Below are positions 35,976 through 48,300 of a stretch of 64,000 nucleotides of DNA, piece after piece. The DNA comes from Marsupella aquatica (taxonomy: Eukaryota; Plantae; Marchantiophyta). Position 1 is the stretch's first letter. Each line of letters begins with the position of its first letter. Where the stretch lies: positions 19,146,754 to 19,210,753 of the forward strand of contig OZ316896.1 of the NCBI GenBank assembly GCA_973895155.1, in the 5' to 3' direction. A program made the position numbers and the translations under genes. The notes beneath the pieces were generated by a model. The model ran no database searches, was not told the DNA's origin, and saw nothing but the letters and a program-made list of their open reading frames with translations.

Positions 35976-38802
35976 CCTTGCCCAATACATATGATTTTGG
36001 ATCCATCATATTAATCACATTATGTCATGCAATTATATATAGTTACCTCCCTTTGCTTTAACCATCACTGAGTTGCTCTTTATTGTTCCCCTGTAAGAAA
36101 GTATACATGACATTTTTACCCTAATTGAAGTTTAGGTAAGTAGGGCAAATTTGTGATTCTAGCTAGACAAGAACCAACCAAATTTAAGTTAACATTCATG
36201 TACACGGCCGCAACTGAGTTCAAAAAGGTGTGAAAATTTGTGCCATGCCCCCAAAAATAATGATGCACCCTAAACCCTAATACTCTACATACATAGTTAC
36301 CTTAAAAAAGTCACCACAACCAATTAGTGGTACTTGTCACATACTGCTCACACACATATTAAAACTCACTTCATCCACTAACTCATTTTAAAAATTTGCT
36401 CTGCATATATACCCCATAATTAGCCAATATCAAATGGAACCCCCTTCATATGGGAATATTGAAGGGCCCAATTTAGGACCTCTTTTTCCTTAAGTGCACA
36501 ATGCAATGCCGTTGCATCAATTTCTCTATCGGAAGCCCTCTTCCAATGAACCATGTTGCGCAATTGCAAGTTGATACAATTGGCAATAGCTTTTGCCCTA
36601 AACTTTTGACTGCCAAAAGCTTTTGTGGAGGGACTTGGAGAAAGAGAGAGTGCGCCCGCAAAGTGAGAGTCTTGTTGTTTCATGAGCGGGAAAGTTTTCA
36701 CATCTTGTCAAAGCAGTCGTCTAGTGTGCGCTTGCTTGGGTGAATCCTATCGCGCAACTTGCTATCGAGTTGCATCCCTTGCACACAGAGAGGTGAAGTG
36801 TTGTTGTTTGGCAAGCGGGAAGGTGCCACTCTCACATTATGAATTCCATCCTAGGTTTACCCGAGTGAATCCTATTGACCTACGACCTTCAAAGAAGTGT
36901 AGTGACAACTTTTGGTGTGCTCGCTTGCCCACTGTGGCCTATTCACGAGGAGTGGTCTTGTGCGGATTGGTGAGGTGGAGGTGGAGCAGTACTGTGGACA
37001 GGGGGCTCTGAAGGTTTATAAGGTGCATGCGGTGGGGGTCATCCAGGACATCATCATCGAACAAAGGGACGACGACGATTGTGAGTATGAGTTTGCATTG
37101 TTCTCTACTGGGTTCCGAATTGAGTTTTGAGCTGTGGTGGCTTAACAATGGTTGCGGGTGGGACCTCCCAGGGGCAAGGGGGCGGCGCCGAACGTTCCTA
37201 GGAGGATGCAAAATAGACTTGTGCTACATTAGGATCCACATCTGTGTCTCTGCCTTGCCTTATTGATGGGAATCTACAGTGCATTTGGATTGGGAAGGTG
37301 AGAGCTGTCTATAGAATGCGTCGAAGCTGATTTTTGTTCAGATTTGGTCTTATGGAGAAGTTGATTCTTCTCTGCATAATGCTGCCTTGCTGAGCTGCAT
37401 TGGGCTATGATGCGGGAGGTATTCATCAAACGGCAAGCTTTTGGCTGCAGCTACCAAGTGTAAGTTTAGGGAGTTGAGAGCGGAAGCTGCCAATTTGGAG
37501 TTGCGAGTGTTCAAATTTGAGTGAGTTGGGGTAGTGAACGTTGAGCATCAACCTGCAGGGAGGTGCGACAGAAGTCTACTTCTGTGGCAGAGTGAGCTGA
37601 GCAAGTGCAAACTACGGGAGTGGAGCATCGTGGCTGCAACATTGACCGGGACTTTTTTTGCGTTGGGCACTGTGAGTAAGGCAGTCTACGGAGGCGCGAA
37701 AGAGTCGCGAGGAGTCGAGTTCAGCTACGGCAGTATTCACTTCAGTTGTCTCAATGTGGTTGGCGTGAGCTGCAGGTGAGCTTAGCTGTGTGCACATTTC
37801 ATGTAAGTCAGGTGGTCGGTGTTTTAGGCATTGCGGAACTTGATTGACCACCCCATGGCTAAGGTTTAAGGTGCGGACTACAACAAATATGTGTTGTTGC
37901 TGAAAGTGTTGGTGGTGAGCGACAACTGGTATTGTTTCAGCTAAAGGGAGCACATTGGAGCTTGTGTATCCATGACCTGCGACCGATTGCGGCTGCCTGC
38001 TGTTACAATTGCCGAATCAATCACGCACCCAATCTTGCGGGCAGACACAACTTTGCGGGAGTGTTGAAGGTTTAGGGTGAGCAACAGCGGAGAGCTCATT
38101 GCTTGGTGGCAGGGTTGAAGGTGGATGATCGGGCTGCAAGGCCAACCGGGGACTTGTTTTGCATTGAGCGATTGCTGCGGATTGCTACGCAGCTTCAGTT
38201 AGGGCGGCTTGGTGCTACATCGGCACAGGTAAGGCTGCAATCCCCTATCGACGCGGACTCACCTCGTGACTGCAAGTATAGTTGTCTAGGTGATGTATGC
38301 ATTGCGTGTTTAGGGTCTAGGTGACATCGCTGCTAAGCAAAATTTGTGAGCTACCTAGGTCCATTGCCGAATGTTGCTTCCTTTAAATTACCTGGTGCCT
38401 GCTGTTACAATCGCCTGCTCAATCATGCACCCAATCGCCTGGAGCTCATTTGCCTGGAGCTTCATCCGTCAGATTCAAACTGTTATTGCTGCTTTGCCCT
38501 TTTGCCATGGGTTGCCGGCCTACCGGATGCTATCAACAGATTAAGAACAAGTCATATCCTAAGTCCCGGTGTTGCAGTGATGTCCCCGACCCTAAGATGC
38601 TTTCCAAACTCATCTTTCTTGTTTCCTGTTGCTGCTGATGTATGTATGTTCTCCCCTATTTTTGCTTACAGATTGGTCTCTCCACACTTCTTGCTTGACA
38701 TGATTGTTTTGCTCCTCCCTGTATCAGAACATGCCTTGTGCCCGGCGGTGGGGTGGGGGGGTGAACAGACGACCTTAAGGTTCACTACATTTCTAGGAAC
38801 TG

Positions 38803-38963
38803 TGCATCTTTCAGCTGATTTTAGCCGCAAGTTCCCTTGCTTTCCCCTGTTTTTGCTAAGATCCCTCCCACTAATCACATGCATCTTTCAGCTGATTTTA
38901 GCCGCAAGTTCCCTTGCTTTCCCCTGCTTTTGCTAAGATCCCTCCCCACTAATGACATGCATC
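38803..38963. repeat. Tandem duplication, 77-bp period x2, inside the CACTA
   Basis: tgcatctttcagctgattttagccgcaagttcccttgctttcccctg.ttttgctaagatccctccc starts at 38803 and at 38880. Confidence 0.92.
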
Positions 38964-40153
38964 CTTTACTTTTCTCGGTGGCCCGTGCGCCTGCCTTCCT
39001 ACTTTCGTTCTTATGGACTCTCCTTAGGTTTTCATTCACCTGGTTTTGGACTTTTTGCTCCGGTGGAATCTGTCTTGACAACTTGTGTTTGTTCTAATTG
39101 TTAATATCTCAAGAGGGTCATCAACTAAGCTGAAAGGAGTCAAAGCTAACTACAAGCTAGCAAATACAGAGAATGCTCCCAAGTCGAGTCAGGAGGAAGT
39201 TACTAAAACTAGACCTTCACAACTCTCGAAACTAGAAAGTGAAATTCAGCGTGAGACACGTAGCTGAAGGCCACAAGGATAACTATATGGCCACGCTGTC
39301 CCCCATTCAAGTCCAAAGTCCTCTTCAGATTGTCTGAACTCCTATTGAATGTATTGAATAATTATTTCATCACAGAAATTTTCAGAACAAACACGGAAGC
39401 ACCAGGGGGCTGAGGATTAGGTATTGAGGCTGAAGACATTGAGGTCATAAACTAGGTGTGGTTCGGGTGACAATGTTAGCAACTGATGCTTCTTCAGGGG
39501 AACTTCCCATGTGCAGTTTATCCACACATGATTGACTTTGGTTCTTGCTGTTTTTCTTTTGGTGTACTCTTGAGTTTGGTGTCACTCTATCCTTTCCTGT
39601 AGCCTCGAAATAGGAACACACCTGCTTAGTGGTCCCCAATCGCCCAATGATTTATAATGACTGTGTCTAGGTGATGTATGCATTGCGTGTTCATTCCAGA
39701 AGAATGAATATGTACACTTTGCACAAACCTGGACAGATCGATTTTGAATGTTATTTATCTGAGTTTCTGTTTGTGAGCTCTGACTTGGAGCCTTAACATT
39801 TGTGTTTCTGTGGGGCTGAGCAGAGTTTGTTCAGTCTAGAAGCTGCTGTACTGAAGTGATCAGCCTCCGGCTTGGAGGTGAATCTTCAATTTTTTGTGGA
39901 TCCGAGTGACTTCTGTCCAGCTGAGTTTTGCTTTGTCGGGACGATTGTGTTTGGCTAAGATGCTAGATTGTGGCTTGTCTTCTTGCTTCCAGCTTGTGTA
40001 TTTTCAATTAATAGAAGTTGGGAACGAAGTGATAATTGAATTTCCTTATATTAAGCATCTTCACCTAGAAACTCAATACATAAACTCCAGGATTCCCTCG
40101 GGACATAAAATGAGCCAAATTGTCTCAAAATTGGGAACCTGCACCCGCACTAC

Positions 40154-40496
40154 TCAAACAATTGTGTTGGGCTTGGTGGCCTTGTAAGTCTTCTTTAGCT
40201 TTCGCAATGGAGGTTGAATCTTGCAGTACGTCAAGGGGAACTTGATCTTTGAATCATGGAACTGCTTGGTACTTTCTCGCTTGCACAGAGAGACAGGGAC
40301 TGTCGTAGTCTTCATGATCTGGATGCAAGGGAACCGAACTCTATGACAAGAAGCCATCTCATCATACATCTGCTCTGCAGCTCCGTTTCTTGTGGTATCA
40401 CAATATTCCTTGTACATGTTGTGATAACCTGTACGACTCTGATACGTGGACCCAGATACCGAAGTTCTTAATTGTGGTGGGCTTCTTTTTGAAGAT
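40154..40496 (-). pseudogene. RPL18A: Captured terminal exon of 60S ribosomal protein L18a (eL20), frameshifted, inside the CACTA
   Basis: cag|[16 protein letters not shown] / [74 protein letters not shown] matches the plant L18a C-terminal half; begins at an AG acceptor; earlier exons not seen. Confidence 0.92.
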
Positions 40497-41504
40497 CTGG
40501 TAGACACATTATTCAGCATTTGCTAACTTCGAAACTAGAAGGGTAACACATTAAACAACAGAGAAACTCATAACATCCTCCTTTGGTCCTTCAGAGTCTG
40601 TACTTTGATTCTGAAGTTTGACTGAGTTTTTGTTTACTAAAAGAATGTGACTGTGTAAGAGTTCCGTTTGGCAGTGGATTGGTTGAAGCACTTCATGCTA
40701 GTGTGTTGTCCACAGCTCTTCAACCAGCTTTCGTCTTCCTTGTCTTTCACCACTTACGATGACATCAATTCAGCTAAGACCATAGAAGGTTCCAAAGCAT
40801 CTAACTTGTAAAATCGCATTTTGTTACATCAAGGACTAAGGTGTTGGGTGCCAAAGGAGACAGCACAACAAACACGCTGAAAAGACTTCAGGACTGGGTT
40901 CAACAAGGTAGTGAAGGTGCTTAGAGCCATAGTAAGTATGCATTCTGTATCTTTCTCTATTGATGTGAGCTTGTGCATAATGGGAGTTGTAGTTGGCAAG
41001 AGTTCCAAATATGAATAGATCCAGAAGTATGTGATCATGTACTTGCTCTATAAAGTTCTGAAGATATAAGCATTTTCTGTTAGACCAGGCAACTTGGGAG
41101 TTGGTAAGTGTCACCTGCATCTGAGGGGCTACACCGGGGCATCAGTGGAGGTTCACTTGCACAACACGACAACCAGTGAATTTTCTCTCTGCTGCAACCT
41201 GCAAGGTGAGACTTTCGGTCTTTCTGGATGAAAAAACAGGAGTTTAATATGATTGATATACATGTCCGTCGAGAATATGGGTTTATCACCAAGCTCTTTG
41301 TCTTAGGAAACTCATAAACTCAGAATCAAATATGTACTATGCACGTTTCATGCTATGTGTATACTATGACCTGTAGTTGGAACCAAGACAATGAGTGGGA
41401 ACTGATTAGTTTAGGTGGTTGCTGTTGGCGAGGCAAGTCGACCTCCTGCTCACCTTGCTCATCAAAGGACGTGAACAGAGGACATCACAACGAAAGCAAC
41501 ACTT

Positions 41505-41954
41505 ATGGTGAGGACCCGCAACGCTGAACATGTGCGACTTGCACGCAAGGCAGAGATGTTGCGCCTTGAGTATGTCAGACTTGGGATCCTTCCAGCCCAG
41601 TCTGCATGGTACTTTGAGTACCCTGTTGTTTCCAGGAACAACTATAGCCGGCCTCTACCTGCTTCAGTACCCTTCCCGACATCCTTGGTATTTGTGTCTC
41701 TTGTACATGACCCGCCACAAATTAGGTGCCAAGGGTGTGTACACAGTTGCCAATATGACTGTCCTGCCTGTAGGGCTTCTGGCCCAGAATTGGATGACCG
41801 TTCTCTTGGATGCCGATTTTTGCACAGAGCACAATGTATCATCTGGAACCACTCGCCATCCTGCAGTGTGCCTGGTGATGTCACTTGTCCTGCCCTCCCA
41901 GACCCCACCACCGGTGACTTTGGTGTCTACACATGTTTGGATCACATGCTCTAG
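41505..41954 (+). CDS. CACTA-borne 149-aa Cys/His-rich ORF, possible divergent PHD/RING-type zinc finger
   Basis: Intact ATG-to-stop ORF; ligand-like pattern CQGC..CPAC..CRFLHRAQC..YTCLDH; co-oriented with the transposase. Confidence 0.5.
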   Translation: MVRTRNAEHVRLARKAEMLRLEYVRLGILPAQSAWYFEYPVVSRNNYSRPLPASVPFPTSLVFVSLVHDPPQIRCQGCVHSCQYDCPACRASGPELDDRSLGCRFLHRAQCIIWNHSPSCSVPGDVTCPALPDPTTGDFGVYTCLDHML

Positions 41955-42569
41955 AGGACCACTTGTCACACCGCATGCACAGACCAGATACCATTGACCT
42001 ATAGCTTAACACTCTGACTTCAACACAGAGGATATTTACTTAAAATTTTGATGTATGAGCAATTTTGGGTCCAGGGTTTAGGGTCAACAGTACATAACTT
42101 ATATCCTATTATGCCTGCACTAAGCAAAATATCCTAATTTAAGAGGCTAGAAAACTCGCATAAAAGTCTCTATTGAAAGACTGCTTTCATGACTGCTTTA
42201 ACCTGGTGAACATTGCAACGTTGAATGAATTAATGGGCCATGTGATAATATGCAAAATGATTGATGCCTCACTTATTTGTCTCAGCCACTATCATAACCT
42301 ATTTAGGATGTATAAATTTCAACCCTTATGACACTGCTTCATACCAATCCTCTTTGAAGAATGCCTGTTTTACATGTGACGACTATTGTATGTGATTCAA
42401 ATGCATGAAATGTTGTTGCAGATCTCCTTTGGTGAATCATAGCCACAATTAAAATTGAGGTGTTGGTGGAGAAATTGTATTAGGGGATCAGTTTTGTGTG
42501 TGGGCTCAACATACCAAAAGTATGTGTGCTCTGCATCCTTGTGTGGCCATTCCAATTCATTGCAGTAGC

Positions 42570-42712
42570 AAATGCCTTTGTACCTTAAATGCTAAATATA
42601 TTTTACTTTCTGTGCAGTCTGCTAAATTGTAGAGTCTATCTAAATGCCTTTGTACCTTAAATGCTAAATATATATTACTTTCTATGCAGTCTGCTAAATT
42701 GTAGAGTCTATC
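42570..42712. repeat. Tandem duplication, 72-bp period x2, just upstream of the PHD ORF
   Basis: aaatgcctttgtaccttaaatgctaaatata..ttactttct.tgcagtctgctaaattgtagagtctatct starts at 42570 and at 42642. Confidence 0.92.
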
Positions 42713-42724
42713 TCATGCGCAGGC

Positions 42725-43405
42725 ATGGCACGGCCTAAAATTCAAGCCAAAAAGCGTGTGACAGAGGTGAGAAACACAGGTGTACTTGGGGCAGATGCTA
42801 CTAACTTCTCTGCAAGTCAGATTTTCCAGAAGGCAGCTCATTGTTGTGCCATTTGTGACGATGGTGGGGGCCTGGTCATTTGTGAGGGCCCTTGCATGAG
42901 GCATTTCCACCTCAACCCGGAGTCTGACCTTGCTGCAGAAAACAACTGTCCAGGGGTGGGCCTCCCGTCAACACACCAGGGAGACTGGATGTGCACTTAT
43001 TGTTTGGAGAAGCAGGCTAAGTGTGCACAGTGTGGGAAGTTGGGGTCCTATGAGGGCTCTGTTGATGCTGCAGCAAATGTTAGGAAATGTCCAGACCGTT
43101 TTTGTGTGAGATTTTTCTGTTTTGAGTGTTTGCCTGCTCATGCCACAGCTTGCCCACTTCATAGGTGCAAGGCATGTGGTGAGCATGATGATGACTACTG
43201 GACTGACATAGTCCACTGTGCTAGGTGTCCCACTATGTGGCACTATCATTGCCTAAAAGATCATCAAGCAGAGGGTTAGGCTTGTGACAGAGAAATCTAT
43301 GATCACTCTGCACATGGTGTTGATCGATGGATATTTTATTGTCATCGCCATGCCATTGATCCTACCTCGCGCACTCCTGTGAGAGATCACATATCTTGGC
43401 TGTGA
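42725..43405 (+). pseudogene. CACTA-borne stand-alone EDM2/NSD-type composite PHD-finger module (226 codons, one in-frame TAG at 43277-43279)
   Basis: CAICDDGGGLVICEGPCMRHFH..WMCTYC..KCAQCGKLGS..KCPDRFCVRFF..CPLHRCKAC..HCARCPTMWHYHCL; the frame continues past TAG to WIFYCHRHAIDPTSRTPVRDHISWL, resembling the EDM2 motif IYC..HEID....TPVRDH. Confidence 0.85.
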
Positions 43406-43997
43406 AGCTGAACATTGTACATGCACAGTGCACCTGATGTGGATGTACTATTTTTTGAGATTGCAGAGATTCCAATTTTGAAAAGGAGTTGGGTAGGCGA
43501 GTTTATATAGGCAGCACTTATCTTGTGCTCTGGCGTCAGTGGCTGGGTACATGCCTATACAAACTTATCCTTACAAGCCTTCTTGGAAGTATTTAGGCTG
43601 AGTGGTCATTTTCATAAACACTTTCATCACACTGCTAAATTAAAATAAGACTTCTAAGTTGTAAGCGTATAAATTATCAGGCATGCAATTAATCAAATTG
43701 CCCTATAAGTTTGTCATTGAATGTATCCTCCTTTACAACAAAATATGTATGTGCCATGACAAGTTGGTTGCACTTCATTTCACCACGGATATGGATTTTG
43801 TAGTATATATTCAAACAATGTCCTGCATCCGTGCAGGTGCCTAGTACGTATTGTTCACATATCCCTTGTACCTATCAAAATCGGACCTGAGCACCAGTGG
43901 GCCAGATCAACTCAAAAAGCAGGAATTTTGTTGTCCTTGTATTGTCAGGTGAACCCATTCTTCCAAAATTCACTGTCATCACGTAGGGTGTGTGTAC

Positions 43998-44870
43998 ATG
44001 GAGCCTGGTAAACGTAGAAAGTGTGACCACCCAGCAGTGTTTACAGGGGTCAGAGCGATTTTGGTCCATGGCCAGCATGGGTTGACCAAAGTGCATTGGC
44101 CAACTGTACAGAAACGATTCTCTGAGCTCCATGGCACTGTAGTTCAGGACATCACTCCAGAGACTACACATGTTGTTGCAGGGACATGGCTATCAGTGAT
44201 AAAGAAGTGGTCATGGTCCTACATGAATTCTGCAATTACTAAGCAAGGCCTAAAAGTAGTTGAGGCCTCTTGGATCACAGATTCCATAGCACATAAGATT
44301 GTACAGGATACTGAGCAATATGAGTTGTGGGAGGATGAAGAAGCTACTGCATCAGCTTGGGCTGAACAAGAAGTCTGGGAAGCAAAGGCACGGCTTGCTG
44401 ATCTCCAATATGGACCTGTACTCAACAAAGGACAGAGCTCTACAAGGCTGAAGAGTATGTTGGCTGAGGAGACGAAGCAACCAACCCCCATTCTGAAAGG
44501 GCTGAGCATGGTATTTGTGGAGGCGGGAATTGGAGAGGTTAAGTGCAAAGTGTACAAGTCCACAGTGCTTGACCTAGGTGGGACAGTGGAGGAGAATATA
44601 ACAGAGGACACCACTCATGTCATTACTAAGTCATATCCCAAAGCCTGCCGCAAGTTTGGGAAGGGAGACATTCGCTTTTATGTCATGTCCCATAATGTGT
44701 TTGTGGTTTCATATGCTTGGCTTGTGGAATCAGTAGCAGCTGGGAAGCGTCAAAACCCAATGGACTATGATCTTTTTGAGGCCTGGCCACGGAAGGGTCA
44801 GGATCCTTACAGAGAGGACTATGAGACAACAAGTGAGGAATGGGTCATTAGCGATTCTGAATCAGAGTGA
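43998..44870 (+). CDS. CACTA-borne tandem-BRCT domain protein (290 aa, intact, intronless)
   Basis: Two BRCT-pattern repeats: FTGVRAIL..HGTVVQDITPETTHVV..VVEASWITDSI..EQYEL and LKGLSMVFVEAGIG..LGGTVEENITEDTTHVI..VVSYAWLVESV..MDYDL; N-terminal basic PGKRRK (NLS-like). Confidence 0.85.
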   Translation: MEPGKRRKCDHPAVFTGVRAILVHGQHGLTKVHWPTVQKRFSELHGTVVQDITPETTHVVAGTWLSVIKKWSWSYMNSAITKQGLKVVEASWITDSIAHKIVQDTEQYELWEDEEATASAWAEQEVWEAKARLADLQYGPVLNKGQSSTRLKSMLAEETKQPTPILKGLSMVFVEAGIGEVKCKVYKSTVLDLGGTVEENITEDTTHVITKSYPKACRKFGKGDIRFYVMSHNVFVVSYAWLVESVAAGKRQNPMDYDLFEAWPRKGQDPYREDYETTSEEWVISDSESE

Positions 44871-45303
44871 GGAGTAGTAGCATCAGTTTGGACACAAGTT
44901 TTTTTGTATAATTCAGATCATTGAAATAAATGTGATCTTTGAACTAATGTACCTTGTTATGGTTGGTGGCAGTTGGGCTTATTTTACTGTTGGCGGATTG
45001 TTGTTTCCTGCTGCCTGGGGGTGTCACTGTAAACGTACATGCAGAGGCGGTACATTTGAGGACAGCGGAGGAGGTGGTGACACCCTCCAACATTTAGAAA
45101 TTTTGTGTCATTCACTTGACAATAGGTACACTACTTGCGAACCTGTTTTTTTCTTTTGGGGTGGTTTAGGGTTTGTGAGAATTTAGTACACGTTATGTTA
45201 ACTCTTTTGGCAGATACAGTCAGGGATATATGGAACACAAATACCACCATTAGGCATCCTTGTTCACTGCTGTCCATGACTGCAGAGCTCCCAGCCTGTT
45301 ACA

Positions 45304-48300
45304 ATGCACCCTGGTCACCACCCTCCCCAGACCCAGCCCAGGGCACAGGCACTGCCTTTGCATCATCCCACAAGGATATCACGCCATGATAATAAGCTTT
45401 GGCAGCGTGAAAGGTTACGAACCAGACTTTCAGGAGCCAGTAGGATGAGATGTCCTTGTGCAATCTGCCAAGGATCCCGTACCAAGGGTCTGAATGAGGT
45501 TTGGCGGCATATCGCGGTTCATGGAAGAGATCCACGACATCGAGTTTGGAATGATCCTGTAGAGGAAGATTCTTCCGACGAGGAGTGGAGGTTAGAATTT
45601 GATGCTGCCAATGCTGCAAGACGGGCAAGTGAGGTTCTGCCTGGTGCATTTGAAAATGTTGTAGCTGGTCTCTGTGGGTTGTCAGCTCTCCAACGGGATG
45701 GTGCTCAGGCAGCACCACGTGACGAAGGAATTCATGTGGAAGAGATGGTGAGAGACATCTTCCAAGACTTGGATGCATTTCATGATGGGCTGGACAATGA
45801 AGAGGATACGGCTGCAGATGCAAGTGTGCCCCCTGTCGAAGAGCCTCTTGATGAGTTTGAGATAGGGCAGGAAACCCCTGGGCATGATGGGATGTTTGGC
45901 TCTCCCCTGCAAATACAGGAAGGCAGGAAGTCTTTGTACCCCGGTAGCAAATGTTCTAAACTGGGATTTGTCATCATGTTCCTGAACATTTGCGGCAACC
46001 ACAATGTCCCCAACGTTTTGGTTTCTGAGTTGTTGGCATTCTTGCGAACAACTGTGCTACCAGATGGTAATATTTTGCCCAAGAACATGTACGAGGCAAA
46101 AAGATGCATATCTAATCTTGGATTGAACTATGATTCGATCCATGCCTGTCCTGATGGGCATGTTCTTTTCAGAAAGGAGTATAAAGAATCGTTGACATGC
46201 CCTAAGTGTGGGAAGCACAGGTATCGGAACTCAGGAAAGTCTATGGTTCCCGCCAAGGTACTTCGTCATTTTCCACTCATTCCCAGACTTCAGCGGATGT
46301 TCAGAAGCCGTGCCATCTCGGAGATGATGACTTGGGCAACTGACAAGAAAAGTGATGATGGGCTACAACGACATGCTGCAGATTCAAGGCAATGGAAACT
46401 CATAGATGAGATGTATCCCGAATTTGCTGCTGAGCCGAGGAATGTCAGGCTTGGGCTGTCATTGGATGGGGTAAACCCATTTGGAGACAAGAACAACAAA
46501 TTTTCATGCTGGCCTGTAACTATTTTGAATTATAACCTTCCTCCTTGGATGACTACAAAGCGATTTTTTGTTCTGATGGTCCTACTGATACCAGGGCCAG
46601 ACAGTGCTGTATCTGCCAACATAGATGTGTTTCTGGCTCCCCTAGTGGAGGAATTGAGAAAGCTTTGGGAGGAAGGAGTTCTCACATATGATGTCCTACA
46701 GAGGCTTGGGAGGTTAAACCCATTCATCCTTAGAGCCATTGTCATTCTGACTATAGCTGACTACCCAGCCCATGGGATGATATCAGGCCAAACAACAAAA
46801 GGATATTGTGCTTGTACTATCTGTGGGCGCAATGTCACCAGTGAGTACTCCAGAGCCCTGCAAAAAGTGATATACATGGGCCATCGTCGTTTTCTGAAGG
46901 CAGATCACCCTTACAGAGAAAGACAGGCACTGATTGCACACTTTGGCAATGAGATTGAGCAACGTGGACCCCCGGCACGAGTGACCAAAGAGGAGATCAG
47001 GCAGTGGGGAGCACTGAGGGATGACTATATCAAACGAGGGGGCAGGGAAGATGGAGTGAGTGATCCAATAAAGCGATATGGTGTAAAAAGACTGAGCATA
47101 TTGGACTTGGAGCTCAAGTACTGGAGGGTAAGCCTCTTGGAGTTGATGCTAATTGGGATACATGTTTTGGTTCAGAGCATGTGCATTCATTTCGAAGAGA
47201 GAGACTAAACTTGAGGCATTTCCTGACGCTTTTGCATTGCAACGATGCAGGAGTTTGAGCCAAGCAAACATAACATTGATGTTATGCACATTGAAAAGAA
47301 TATTTGTGAGAGTCTACTCAGATTCTTGTGTGGAGAGAAAGACACTGGTTCAGTGAGATTGGATCTTGAACAGAGGGGAATGAAACCCCATCTTTGGTTG
47401 AGGCCACATGCCCACAGAGCTGATGTGCTCTTGAAGTACCAAGTGCCCTATGTTCTGACAGACACAGAGTGGGAACTATTTGTGTAGAGGTTGAGTTCTT
47501 TGAAGGTTCCTTCAAACTATGGCAGTGCTTTCAAGAAGCATATCATGACTAGAAAGCTTGGTAGTATGAAAAGCCATGACTACCATATGTTGATGCAACA
47601 GGTGTTGCCTTTATGCCTGAGGGGCCTGTTGCAGAAGCCTGTTCGTACTGTGATCATGCGACTCAGTGATGTGTTTCGTCGTATTTGTGTGAAGGTTTGG
47701 GATGAAACACACTTCCCACAACTGACAGAAGATGTCGCTCAGGTGCTGTGTGACCTGGAGATTTATTTTCCTCCCGCATTTTTTGATGTCATGACCCACC
47801 TACTTGTCCATGTTGTGGAAGAGCTACACCAATTTGGGCCTGTGAGTGCTCGTTGGTTGTACCCTTTGGAACGGTACATGAAGCTACTCAAAGGTCACGT
47901 GAGAACATATTACAAACCTGAAGCAAGCATGGCTAAAGGTTACATCAAGGATGAGACTCTGGGATTTCTGACCGAATACATAGCACAATATGAGCATGTG
48001 AAGACCAGGGTGTGGAATTCTGATGAGGAGGAAGGGGTGGTAGGTGAAGTACTGGAAGGGGCTGCAACCACAAAGAACCTGACCATATCTATGAGAGACT
48101 TGGCACATGACTTTGTATTGCACAACACTGTGGTGATGGAACCCTGGATACAGTGAGTGCATACATGTGCTATAATCCAGTTCATGAGCTTAAATATTGT
48201 GTTCGTGTGGTTTTCTCCTTCAGCCTGTTCATGTTTACCCAAGCTAATGCTGTGTGGTTGTTCGTTCAGGGAGTATGAGTCATTGAAGGCGGCCCATCCC

